A DNA stretch of 64,000 nucleotides from Tubulanus polymorphus (taxonomy: Eukaryota > Animalia > Nemertea): assembly GCF_964204645.1 (NCBI RefSeq), contig NC_134027.1, positions 25,258,560 through 25,322,559 on the forward strand. The letters are read 5' to 3'. This document shows positions 50,929 through 62,462 of this stretch, piece after piece. The notes beneath the pieces were generated by a model, which saw nothing but the letters and a program-made list of their open reading frames with translations, was not told where the DNA came from and ran no database searches. The translations under genes were made by a program, and so were the position numbers. Every line of letters starts with the position of its first letter. The first letter of the stretch is position 1.

Positions 50929-53900
50929 ATGAATTTTAATTTGGATCAGACTCGTGGTGCACCGTCGTTCTATGATCCTGCAGCGGGGTCTCGGATTCGA
51001 ATAGTCGGCCAAAGTCAATCGCAATCGCAACTCTCACAAACAATGCCAATATCTATAGGACCTGGACTTCTTAGTAGACAGAATCCTATGACCATGTCGA
51101 CGCCCTCGTTAAACTTTAACGCCGTCCCAGACGGGCCCCGACCCCAGCCGCGAATTCCCATGATGCCTAACTACCGCAGTATGACTGCCTTGAACAGCGG
51201 GCAGTTTTCTCCAGGAATGAGTCCCATGTCGCCGGTGGTGCCCCCAACGCCGAAACTACCGCTCGAAGAACTCGAAAATATCGTCGAGAATCTACAGATG
51301 AGCATCTCGAGCGGGAATATCGAACAAGCTCAAATCTGCGCGAGTCAACTAGCAGCGAACGCGACGAAGATCAAGATGGACCTCCTGGAATCGGAAACAA
51401 TAAAGGAAAAAGTGACATTTAGGTAAGGCTCTGATGGATACTCGGATGCCTATCAGGACAATTGCAAAACCTTTGAAATCCATCCTCAAGTAATTATAAT
51501 CCACTTACCAAATCAAAGGAAACTTAGTTAGTCCGCTTATTAGTGGCTAATTTATTGGTATGAGTTTAAGTGTTTAACAAAGTATTTAGCTGAAGTTAGT
51601 TAGCTAGTCTAAGTTTAGTTAGTCTAATTTATCAGAAGTTAGTATCTGTGCTACTTTAGGGTTAAAATTTACTTCTGGCGGCGGCGGGGGGGGGGGGGCA
51701 ATTGTCCGGGGGGGAATTGTCCTAGAATCACTCGGATGGATAGTACGATTTTTTGAAAACACGAAAGAAGCGAATTTTGCTTGTACGAACTTTACCTAAA
51801 CAAACAGAGTGAATTTCTTTAATTTTTCAGGCTGAAAGTTTACGTAGAATACAAGAATCTGTCGGCAGGATTCGTTCTCCTTAACGTGAATCCCGACATT
51901 AATATCAAACAACTTAAAGAACAGGTAGTTAACTCTAAATAAATGATCTACGGTCATCAAAGTCAGTTATTACATTCCACTGCCCACTTTATAGAGTCAA
52001 AATCCAACTCAAATTACCATTTCTTAATAGAACCAAATTCATTATTATGCACTATGTTTTTCTTGGTCCCAACTGGTGTTAGTATTACATACTTAATCTA
52101 TATTCAGATTGTCTAATTATTGTGCATCTGACCACTATTTGGTATTCCACGTTCAGTTTCTTCTAATATACACTTCAGTTGCAAATCAAACCTTTTCTCT
52201 CGAATAAGTCTCTTATTGATGAAAAAGATACAAATCGCTGAGTAGAAAAATGAAGTTAATTTATATTCGGTGGTTCCTGGGATAATTTATGGATTCAGTT
52301 GCTTAAGAATTAGGTTCAATTTTGACAATTTCACACGATCTGCCGGATTGCGTTGTAGTTGCCCAGATTCGCAGTGAATAAAGTTTGTTGATTCGTCGAT
52401 TCATTCAGATGATGCTGCACCACAAAATTCACACGAAGCTTCAGAAATGGATCGTCGGTAATAAACTGTGTAAAGACACCGATGTCCTGTCGAGTTTAGG
52501 CTGTAAAGGCGACCACGCTGTATTTCTGTACGTGATGTCGGCTAGATTCGCCGGCTTGGAGAAAGATAAAGCCGAACGAGACCAGAGAAGATTGTCTATG
52601 GGAGGTTCGCTTCTTTTCAATTCGTGAATCATCAGTTTTCATTGTCAGAATCACCGGTTTATCAATCAACCCTTTTAGTGCAGACAAATCCTTACTCTAA
52701 AGTAAATATGAATAACTTGAAAATTCCACCGATGTGCAGTGGATATACCACTCAAGTGCATGTACATTACGATGCAGTGTATTGTTAGTTAATAATATTT
52801 CACAATGTCTGACAGATGCTGCCCTCTTTCGATAGAGATTATCAGCGGATACACTGAGGTGCAGTGTATTAGCACAGTCAATCGCTGATTTATACTCTTG
52901 CCTCCCATGTTCAACTTTTAAGTGTATTTATGAGAAATATATTTATTTTCTAGGTCTGATGCCCGAAGCATCTGAAGAAGGTAAGTTCGATGAATTTAGA
53001 CCTGGATGTTCACTAGCATTGTCTGTATTTTACTTGTATTTTTTGTAGAGGGTTTTGTTCTAGTGAACAGGGATGAGGTTCCCGCAACAGCGCCGAGACT
53101 TGAAGCGTGGCCCGAAGAACCAGTTGAGAACCCCGCTGTTAGACAGCGCGTCGTGCCTCAGGAACCGGTTCAACAGTCGTTACCTAATAATCAACCGGAA
53201 ATCGGACAAACTGTCCAGGTTTGTATCAACTACTGTTGCCCCAAATGACAGAATTACGACCCATTTTCGCCGCTATTGCCCCTGAATTTGCTTGCTGCTT
53301 TGGTAAAAATTGGACCTGTGAAATCTAAGACAAGCGCATGGAAATTTTAGATTGCTAGATGACAAGTTAAATCGAATACTTTCTGTCTATGTCTGACGTA
53401 TTTGACTGCGTTAATTGACTGAATTCTTAAGCAGATCAAGTCAGGGAAAAGTCAGGGAAAAAGCAAGTCAAATAAAACTGGCCCCCCCCCCCCCCCCCCC
53501 AGTGAAAAATGATGACGATGTGAAAATTCCATTGTACACCAATTTCACCGCTGATAATCTATATTTGTAGAAACCAGCGTTGAAATGGACGTGTCAGGTT
53601 TGTACGTTCGAGAATCAGCCGACGCGACCGGGATGCGAGATGTGTTCGACCGATCGACCGGACGACTTTCAAATACCCGACGACTACGAATTGACGCGCG
53701 AAGAAATACAGCGCAAAGAAGCCGAAGAATTACTCGATTTACAAACGCAAGAGGTACGCTTTTAGTATTCTCAACCCAGTTCAATAGTTGTCCGATGCTT
53801 ACAAGGTACAGTCAAACGAGCTTAAGTCGTCATAGTTGGGATGATCGTTTCAGATCAGGGAATTACAGATTTGCTTTCCTCTGCAGAATTCCGACTTTCT

Positions 53901-56900
53901 TTGAATATGAGGGAATTTTAATTTTCGGTGTCTTGTTGTTCTTGCTGGTTTTGAGTGGCGCGAAGAAACAGTCCCCTGAGGATGTCTGTTACTTTGATAT
54001 GGGAATTTTTCAGGCGAGGGTTAGGGAAATATCAGGAGTTTTGGATTTCCCAATCCGTAAAGACCCTGTTATGTTGATGACTTACTGAGAGGCGCAGTGG
54101 CCGAGTGGTGTTAAGCTGCTAGTCATTGATCTCGTCAATCCAGGATTTACGGGTTCGAATCCCGGTGGCGGCAGAGTTTCTTGGTCGAAGGTTCTTCACC
54201 GGTCTCTCCCCCATTGGGAAAAAGAAACATCGAACCCATTGATAATGCCCTGCTTGGCGCTCAGTGGGTCGAGGGAATTTAAAAGGAAAATGACTTATCC
54301 AAGTGAAAAATGATGAGCACTGGAAATAAAAAAGGGACTCAAAATAGAGACAACTCAAGCGTATGAAGACTTATCTGATGACGATTTTTGAAAGAAGTTT
54401 GACTGTATTTTTAATGAAAAGTTTTCTCAACATTTCTGTTTGTGGTAAACAAAACATCTTTTCGAGTTGGAAAATTCTAAGTTCTGCTCATAAGGTTCCA
54501 GTACCGCCTCCTGTCCATTAGCCCCAAAAATTTAGGTCCATTCCGCTGTTTTGGATGTCATTTCTGAAATGTTGCAGTGATAAAGACATGCCCCTAATCC
54601 TCCATAAAGTAAAACCTTGTAAATACATTATTGAATAGAATTCGAGGGCTGGCTCAATAGAAAAACATTGCATCATTGAGCTTTGCCAGTTGCGCAAAGC
54701 TTAGATTTAAGACCAGTCGAAGCTATCTTGGTTCTACAACTTCTAGTCTAGATATTCATAACCCTTTTGGACTAGGCTCCCGAATTGTAATTTTATCACT
54801 GCATCGTTTCAGAAATTAAACACTCCTCCAGTCGACAACGACAAACAAGATCTCGAAAAGGATGAAGACTTGGCTAGGATGCTTCACTTCCAAGACCTTT
54901 TCGCTACTCAGCTGGTGAATCAACTGCTTCTACCACCAGCTCATGTTGCTGACTCTGATTCAGATAGTGAGAACAATGCTTAGAATATGATATAACATAC
55001 AGGGATCAGTCGCTCAGAGGTTGGTTAAAGATAACTGGTGGATGAATACAATAGTTACAGTAAACTATTAATTAGTCACTACGTCAACTATCCACTGGTT
55101 TTACTCTAACCAACTTTTAAGCAACTTGCCCCAGCTTTTGATTATGGAGTAGACTGCAAAAAGAAATATATCTGATTCGAGCAACATATTGGGTCACAAA
55201 ACACTTCCAAAATATCCCAAATTGGATTGATCAAACTTGTGCAGAGTCTAAGACCAGTAACGAGGTTCCACAGTATCTTTTGAAGACCAGTAAAACAAAT
55301 CCAGCGTGTGATTCGAACGTTAGCAAACATTCCGAAATTCTCACAAGGTTTATCATGTATTTTACGTACCGGTAATGTCTTCAGTATGGTTATGATTTTT
55401 GACTGAGATAAATCTTTCTTTATGCCACTTATTTGCACCAGATGATTCACATTAGTCAATAACTGCTGTAAATGCTGTACAAAAGTGAAGTATTTATAGT
55501 AGATGTTAACCCCCTTAAAAAAAACTACCGCTGGTATTTTATTCCCAGTCCATGAAACCAGGCCCCTAGAACAATAAATAAACTGTCCCTGCCCAGCTGA
55601 TGTGATAAAAGAGTGGTTCAGCTAGTCTATATATATTCCTCACAGGGGTCTGACACAAACAGTTTTTGACCCAGTACCCTAGGTACTATGTATAAAAAGA
55701 CTATAAATATAATAAGTCTTTTTATATATAGTACCTAGGATACTGGGGTCAAAAACTTTTTGTTTTGTGTCAGGCTCGTGTGATATACCTACTTGTATAT
55801 AATGCATGTGACTTAGATTTTATTTGAATTTCGAATATCCAGTAGAAATGAGTTGAACCGCTCTTAATAACTATGATGTACATAAAGTAAATATGTGATT
55901 AGAATTTAATAAATGGTTTTCAATATAGACAAATCTCTTGTTTTTGCTCTTTTGTTTATTTCGTTGGAAACATGGCATTAGGCTAAAAAAAAATTGATAC
56001 CTTGTTTCTCCGCTCTGCTGAGCTTAAATGTTGACCCGGCCGGCCGCCTATCTACCCTATACATTACTTTTTTTTAAAATCGTGATCAATTTTGCCATAA
56101 CAGACCCGGCCGCTGTAGAAATGAACTGTTTACAAATTTTATCATATTTAACAAAAATGACCCGGCCGCTGCGGAGAAACAAGGTATCATTTTTGTTTAG
56201 CCTTAAATAGATTACTGAAAACGTGACGTCACGGCACGTGGTATTGACGTCACGCAGCGAGTACAGCTGAAGCAACAAGTGCCTCGTCAAGTAGCCTACA
56301 TTGGCCGTTGAACTTTGACTTGATCATTTGGAGGAATTTAGATTTGTATGACTGACAGACTGATATTAATCTCAGTATCTCAGACTTAATGAGCAAAACC
56401 CACAGTTGATGATTCAACAATTTATTCTGATAGTTTCGAACTGTTCGACAGTTTCAGAATTTCATCAGAAAAACGAAAATCAAAATTTCTATTTCGTTGA
56501 TGATGAACTTCAGTCGAAACTGTCGGAATAAATTGTTATATCATCAACTGCGGGTTTTGCTCATTACATTTTTATGAACTGATAGAATATACACCTCTGT
56601 GGAGAGAAGAAAAAATTACGTCAAGTTTTGATCAATGCCAAATTACTTTGTTAAACCATCTTCAACGAACGCCAATATTCCGAGACCAGTTCTCGATTGA
56701 ATTTGACATTTTGAGTTAAGATTTACAGTTAAAGGTCTTTAATAAAGGTCTTGTATAATGCCACGGTTGGGATCGATACACAACATGGCGTTATAACGAA
56801 TTTGGTGCGACAAAAAATGTATTCCCGTTGAATTGAAGTTAGATTGAGCAAATTTGTTCCTAGAAGAAAAATGTCGGTGTTCAAGTGATCGGTGGCATTA

Positions 56901-59095
56901 AAAAGGATGGCAGCGTTATAACAAACTTTGACTGTTTTTTGAAATGTTTTAACTTCGATAGGTTTTAACCGACAACTCGAGAAGTTGGACCCAGAATAAA
57001 TCCAAACCTGACATCGTTGGCTCTGAAATAGAACAGTAGCGCAAACCTGAATATTTTTTTCTCGCGTTGGTCCAGACTTATCAGTCTCAATTGAACCGTA
57101 AACAATTTTGTCATAGCCCGAATTGGCCACCACAATTTGTACTGTATTTTCACCTATCCCTTCTGTCTGGTCTAATAGATTGTTTGGCTTTCTTCTTTTT
57201 TAAAAGGCTGAGCACATTCGTCAATTAGAGCATGAACACCAACGAGTGATCAACTATCATTACTTAGTTGAACAAGAAGAAACATTAGACCTTGTCGCCA
57301 ACAGTGAAATGTTTTATTGTGCCATTTGTTTTGATGAAGTTGATCCCGGAGAAGGGGTCGTTCTCAGAGAATGTTTACATACATTCTGCAGGTACTTTGC
57401 TTGACATTTTAATTCATTGATCGATGGTCCCTTGCATCTCCATTCTCTCGGAATTGAGAATCTTTGAAAGTGTCCCACATTTCTTTGAATATTGCAAATG
57501 TTTTTGTTAAGCCACAAATCCAAAAGATTGCAAATGAAAGTTTCATCGATTTCACTTGAAATCTGAAAACTCACTGGAAATATTGTGTACTTACTGGGAG
57601 CCAAAAAAATCGAAATTCTTTTCAATGAACACCGCTCGAACGTAGGTCATAATATATTTATAGGGTCGTAACTGGTTTCTGTTTTTGGCAGGTCTTGTCT
57701 CCAAGGAACCATTGAAAACAGCGAAGATGCGCAAGTGCTTTGTCCATTTACCGACGGGAACTACTCTTGCGATAAACCACTGCAGCACAGGGAAGTGCAG
57801 GGGGTAAGATTATAAAAAAATATTGCATGCACCCAAATATTGCATGATGCCGCATGCCTATCGTTCAGTTGTATGGACCGTTTAAACCGTATGAAATCGT
57901 GATTTGACCACTTGTGTTTGGTGGCCAGTAAGACACGCGATGACTTCATCAGACCTGAAGTAGTTTCTCCACTTTCTAAGAGCTCCAACGTTCTGCTGCA
58001 AAAATATCAAAATATTCTCAAAATCTGAAAAATGTCTAGTTCATTTTCAATTAAACAGCTATTTCATGTCAAATTACTACCTCTCATTTTTGCTTAAAGC
58101 TACTACTAAAGATTAGAAATATTAGTTAGTCTTGTCTGTGCCATGTACGTATACCTCTAAACCTTAAATAACGTCGACGTTTTACTTTCGAACCACTCCT
58201 CAATTTTTCAGTTAGTTTCTGCCGTTGGTTTTGAGAAGTATCTACAACGCGGTTTGGCAACCGCTGAATGTCAAGCCAGCAACAGTTACCACTGTAAAAC
58301 GGCTGACTGCGGAGGCTGGTGTATTTACGAAGATGAAGTCAATGTATTCAACTGCCCGGTCTGTGGCAAGAAAAACTGTCTCACCTGTAAAGCTATACAC
58401 GAAGGTCAGAATTGTAAGGAGTATCAGGATGATTTGAGAATTCAGGCGGACAATAGCGAGGCCGGTAAACGAAGTCAAGAAATGTTAAAGGTATCGGAAA
58501 TCTTGATTCGGGCGAATTTCATCGGTTTTACGTGAAATCAGTTTACAGCAGGCGCGGGTCAGAAATAAAGCGACGTCATTCCACGTGGTAAAATTTGAAT
58601 GACGCCCATGCCGGTGGGAGCACTTAAGATGGTGGCCTTGGTCCTCCCTAAGATATTCTCTACAATATTTCGTTATCATAAATAACAAAAATTTCTTCTA
58701 CACTTCAGTACTTAATAACGTCTTGATCGGTATATTTGTAGGGATTAGTCAAGTCCGGTCAAGCCATGTTCTGTCCCGGATGTCAGATATTGATACAGAA
58801 AAAGGAGGGCTGTGATTGGCTACGATGTACGATGTGTAAGATAGAAATATGCTGGTGTACTAGAGGCCCTCGTTGGGGTACGAATGTAAGTTTCAGAAAT
58901 TTTTTTTTTTTCGTTGGAAAGTTTTCACTAAAATCGTTCTTCTACTGAATAATTGTATTTTGCTACAAAAATGCATCTGTTCATTTTTTAATTGACAAAT
59001 TGTTTTATTTCCAGGGAAATGGTGATGTTTCTGGTGGTTGTAAATGTAGAGTAAACGGTATTTTGTGTCATCCTACGTGTCAAAACTGTCATTGA
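50929..59095 (+). CDS. RBCK1: HOIL-1/RBCK1 RBR E3 ubiquitin ligase (LTM-UBL-NZF-RING1-IBR-RING2), about 654 aa, 11 exons
   Basis: Exons 50929-51422, 51831-51924, 52409-52604, 52954-52980, 53049-53218, 53571-53753, 57207-57391, 57692-57803, 58212-58490, 58742-58885, 59015-59095; 1965 nt, in phase. [23 protein letters not shown]; RING1 CAICFD...[12 protein letters not shown]; [10 protein letters not shown]; HOIL-1-type end [20 protein letters not shown]. Confidence 0.96.
54088..54370 (+). mobile_element. tRNA-derived SINE in RBCK1 intron 6
   Basis: A box TGGCCGAGTGG (54098) and B box GGTTCGAATCC (54152), followed by a non-tRNA body. Related B-box heads at about 32200 (+) and 7815 (-). Confidence 0.7.
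54813..54983 (+). CDS. Candidate alternative terminal exon of RBCK1 (short LTM-UBL-NZF isoform)
   Basis: Acceptor gtttcag in phase 0 with exon 6. 56 sense codons [31 protein letters not shown]...[10 protein letters not shown], then TAG. Confidence 0.5.
   Translation, partial: KLNTPPVDNDKQDLEKDEDLARMLHFQDLFATQLVNQLLLPPAHVADSDSDSENNA
55003..55133. mobile_element. MITE-like inverted-repeat element
   Basis: gttggttaaagataactggtggat mirrored by atccactggttttactctaaccaac. Confidence 0.5.
55639..55783. mobile_element. Palindromic MITE-like element
   Basis: tcacaggggtctgacacaaa...ctaggtactat mirrored by atagtacctagg...tttgtgtcaggctcgtgtga. Confidence 0.6.
55981..56202. mobile_element. Tourist/PIF-Harbinger-like MITE, complete
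   Basis: TIR GGCTAAA...TGATACCTTGTTTCTCCGC / GCGGAGAAACAAGGTATCA...TTTAGCC with TTA on both sides (55978-55980, 56203-56205). Confidence 0.88.
56387..56566. mobile_element. Palindromic MITE-like element
   Basis: taatgagcaaaacccacagttgatgat...agtttcga mirrored by tcgaaactg...atcatcaactgcgggttttgctcatta. Confidence 0.65.
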
Positions 59096-59179
59096 GAAAG
59101 ACTAATCATTTTAGGAAAATGGTTTACTGTGCCTCGATTTAGTTATGATACATGTAATCAGACAGCATTCTGGTTATGG

Positions 59180-59380
59180 TACTGGATCCAGTTAACTAAT
59201 TTGATACTGAACCAGTTCCACAGTTGCGCGTGTGGCTGTGGGTTTGATTTGACTGTGGATCCAGTTCCACAGTTGTGTGTGTGTGGGTTTAATCTGTCTC
59301 TGGACCCAGTTTTGCTGTTATGTGGATGGGTTCAATCTGTCTCTGGACTCAGTTTCACCGTTATGTGGGATCCAGTTAGA
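59180..59380 (+). repeat. Degenerate array of the 39-bp repeat family, just after the RBCK1 stop codon
   Basis: ggatccagttccacagttgtgtg units. Confidence 0.8.
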
Positions 59381-62300
59381 TACAGCATATGTCAGTGGCT
59401 ACTCGGTGTTATTTTGATATATTTGTGAAGAAATATATTCATCCTGAATGATGCAAAAAAGATGCAAATTTTCGAATTGACGAAAATGGCAACCTCAATG
59501 GGAAAGCGGGGGTCCAGACCCGTGACCATCCCCTAAAATCCGCCCGCTCTGTCTTATGTCTCGTACGAAGCTGTTAATTGTTATCATTAAAACATGAAAT
59601 GTCTGGTTGCAATTAATCTTCATCGAAACTGAATCCGTCTAATTTGAAATTCAAATGTATTGAAATTTCATTTAAATGTTAAAAAGACGCGTTTTGAACG
59701 AAATGTTCCCGGTCTCAATATTCATGCAATCTTGAAATTCTATATAAGGTAGACAAACGTAGCGCTATCTTTTGACCCGTTTATATAAGACGGTTCCATT
59801 AGAATATTACAATTATATGTATGTCAAACATGTTGAATTAAGTCATCTGTAAATAAAATTGAATTCGCAGAATATATACGCGGTGCATAATGTATATCGC
59901 TGTTGAATAAATTATAATCTGATACTAGATTTTTCATTTTTGATTTTTAATGGTTACCCAAATAAAGGCAACAAGTGACTTGTAACACAACTAGCTTTTT
60001 ACCATCGGTAGATCATTTCCCTTCATTGTTGGTTTTCGAGGAGCAGGTGGTAGCTGAATGAAAGGTCGAACGAATGATGCATGCATTGTTAGGGCTACAA
60101 GATGTAGGACGTTTTTCTATCATGAAAACAAAGTGTTCTCTATCTAGCTACTACATTATCAACACATGTTTCACTTCTAGGAAAACCACTCGAATTGCGA
60201 TCGATATTTTTACTGAAAATAACATTTATCATACTACGTGACAGGACCGATGTCTACGTGCGGTTGCATCAGCGCATTGCGCTACAGTCGCGCGCTACCC
60301 CTAGAGCGGTAGCGGTACAGGGGATGGTGAAACTGCGGGTGGTTAGACTCCATCCAGAACATCAAAGCTCAGTGCTGCAATTACGGCTCTCAGTGAGAGA
60401 CCTTGGATTCATGACTGTGTAGCGTGTTTACGACTGATAGCTTCTAGGAAATGGTTGGATTATATGGAAATGATAAAAAACACTAGTGTATGTGTAGCTA
60501 CACACATTCAGTCAGTCAACAAGTTGTTCGCGTAGAGCCGAGCTGACATGGTCCCTCTCCTCCTAGCATGTTGAATGAAGCATGGTCCAGCAGCTCTTCG
60601 GGATAATCAACTGATGTACTGGTCTTCTGATTAATACCTACAAGGTAAGATTCACTTTTCATTGAACTTGATTAGGTTTAAGAGACCAGTGCTTGTCGAG
60701 CTCTACCATTACTCGGAAGTGGTACATAACATCACTTCTCTTGCATCATCCGATTAATTTTTGTGCGCCTATATAGTTTTATATATCGGAATTTGAAAAT
60801 TTATTATAATATTAACTAATATAAAAAAGTGGCCCGAGTTTCCTCATGGACAGACATCTTATTGTATCCACTTACGGTGTATTTCTGATGTCGTTTGATG
60901 TATTAAATCTATTTTGTATCCCGCGAATGTTTTCTTTGAAAAATGTCTTTGAACATTTATTACTTTGAATATGATTTATGGACGAGAATGACAGGTCTAG
61001 GGCCTATGTATATACAAGGTGCAATTATCCGTGCGAAATGCTGAATGTTATCATTCGATGTTTTCGTCTGCGAACCGAGATTGAATAAAGTCCACGCAGA
61101 TTATTTACAACTAATATCAAAAGTCAATTCGTTCGCCCGTAGACAGACGTATTAAAAACTGGGGCAACCAGGGGCGGCGAGGAGGTTCCTTAGAAAAATA
61201 TACGCAATGATTTCAATGAGTTACCCGGCGAGGCTATCTCCATATAATGCACCATCCCAGTGCGATGTAAAGATTTTTCACGATTCTTTGAAAATGACCG
61301 TGACCCGGTTTTTACGCCTTAAGAAGGCGATCCTTCTCGGTGAAACCAGGGAGGTTCATCCCCAAGATTAGCATAGCAGCATGAATATTCCGTGGTCATC
61401 GTAAACCCGACAACTCGCCGATTCGTCACCATAGGCCGAGGCTGAGTTCCCCAAGGCGATCTTCACGGTATAGGTCTACCTTTTATGCACAATTGCACAT
61501 GACTTTTATAAGTCATGTCATCTTAGTCTTTATGGTAGTTAAATCTAAGCTACATTGCACAACACTGGCCCATGGGGACTGAGGGCATAGGCCGGGGACA
61601 GCCCTCGATGATATGGTTTTTGTCAAACCTCAACCTCAGGAGCCGCTATATTCATGGAAATCCTAGGTACGTGACAGAAGCATTTTACAAATGCACCTCT
61701 CCCTGCATCAGAAACCTTATTGAGTTGTTCTCTTATCCGGCGTCGTCACGCTGTGAATGAATTACCATTTACCGCAGAAATGTAATTATTTTGTCTTTTA
61801 AATGTCGAGATATGAAAATTACCCGACGAAGCAAAAACAACTCTGCTGATTAGAAAAGAAGTAGAACAAATTTCACACTTGCGCGTTTCAATGCGGGATC
61901 GCTTTTTCGGACGTGTTTGGACAAATAAGCCGAATGTATCGGTAATAGAGCGAACTCGATGCGCTGTCATGACTCACTTCCAGAAATGGGCTTGAATCTA
62001 AGTCACTCGTAGATTACCAGGTCTTGTACGTGTCGCCATAGTTTGTTTGCCCGTCAGCTTGGAGACTTGCCGTGTGATCTAACATGGGATTATTTACAAT
62101 ACTCGAATGTCTGTCTGGTAAATCACTTATTGTATTGAGTGACCGGCAATATGGCGTATAGTCACGTGAAAAAGAACACGATGCCACAACTTTAGTTGGT
62201 CCATGGTTTGTAAACATTTGGGCCTGTTCTCCCTTTAGAAAAACCACCGTATTTTTCATTGCATCTGAAATAACGGTGCAAACTGTAACCGGCAAAATTG

Positions 62301-62462
62301 GTCCGAGGTCAGCGAAATCGGAGGGTTCGGAACATACGTTAGCAAGTCAGAAATGATTTTGGCTTTTGTCCCTGTATAGTCAAGAAGAGTTCCAGTCGGC
62401 CTCAGCCGAGTTTTATACTTATCACTTTTTATTAACTTGAATCGTTTGAAATCTATTTTCAG

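Noticed and set aside
54091-54175. Possible tRNA gene
   Set aside because: A and B boxes are present, but there is no convincing cloverleaf or terminator and the sequence continues into a repeat body. Treated as a SINE.
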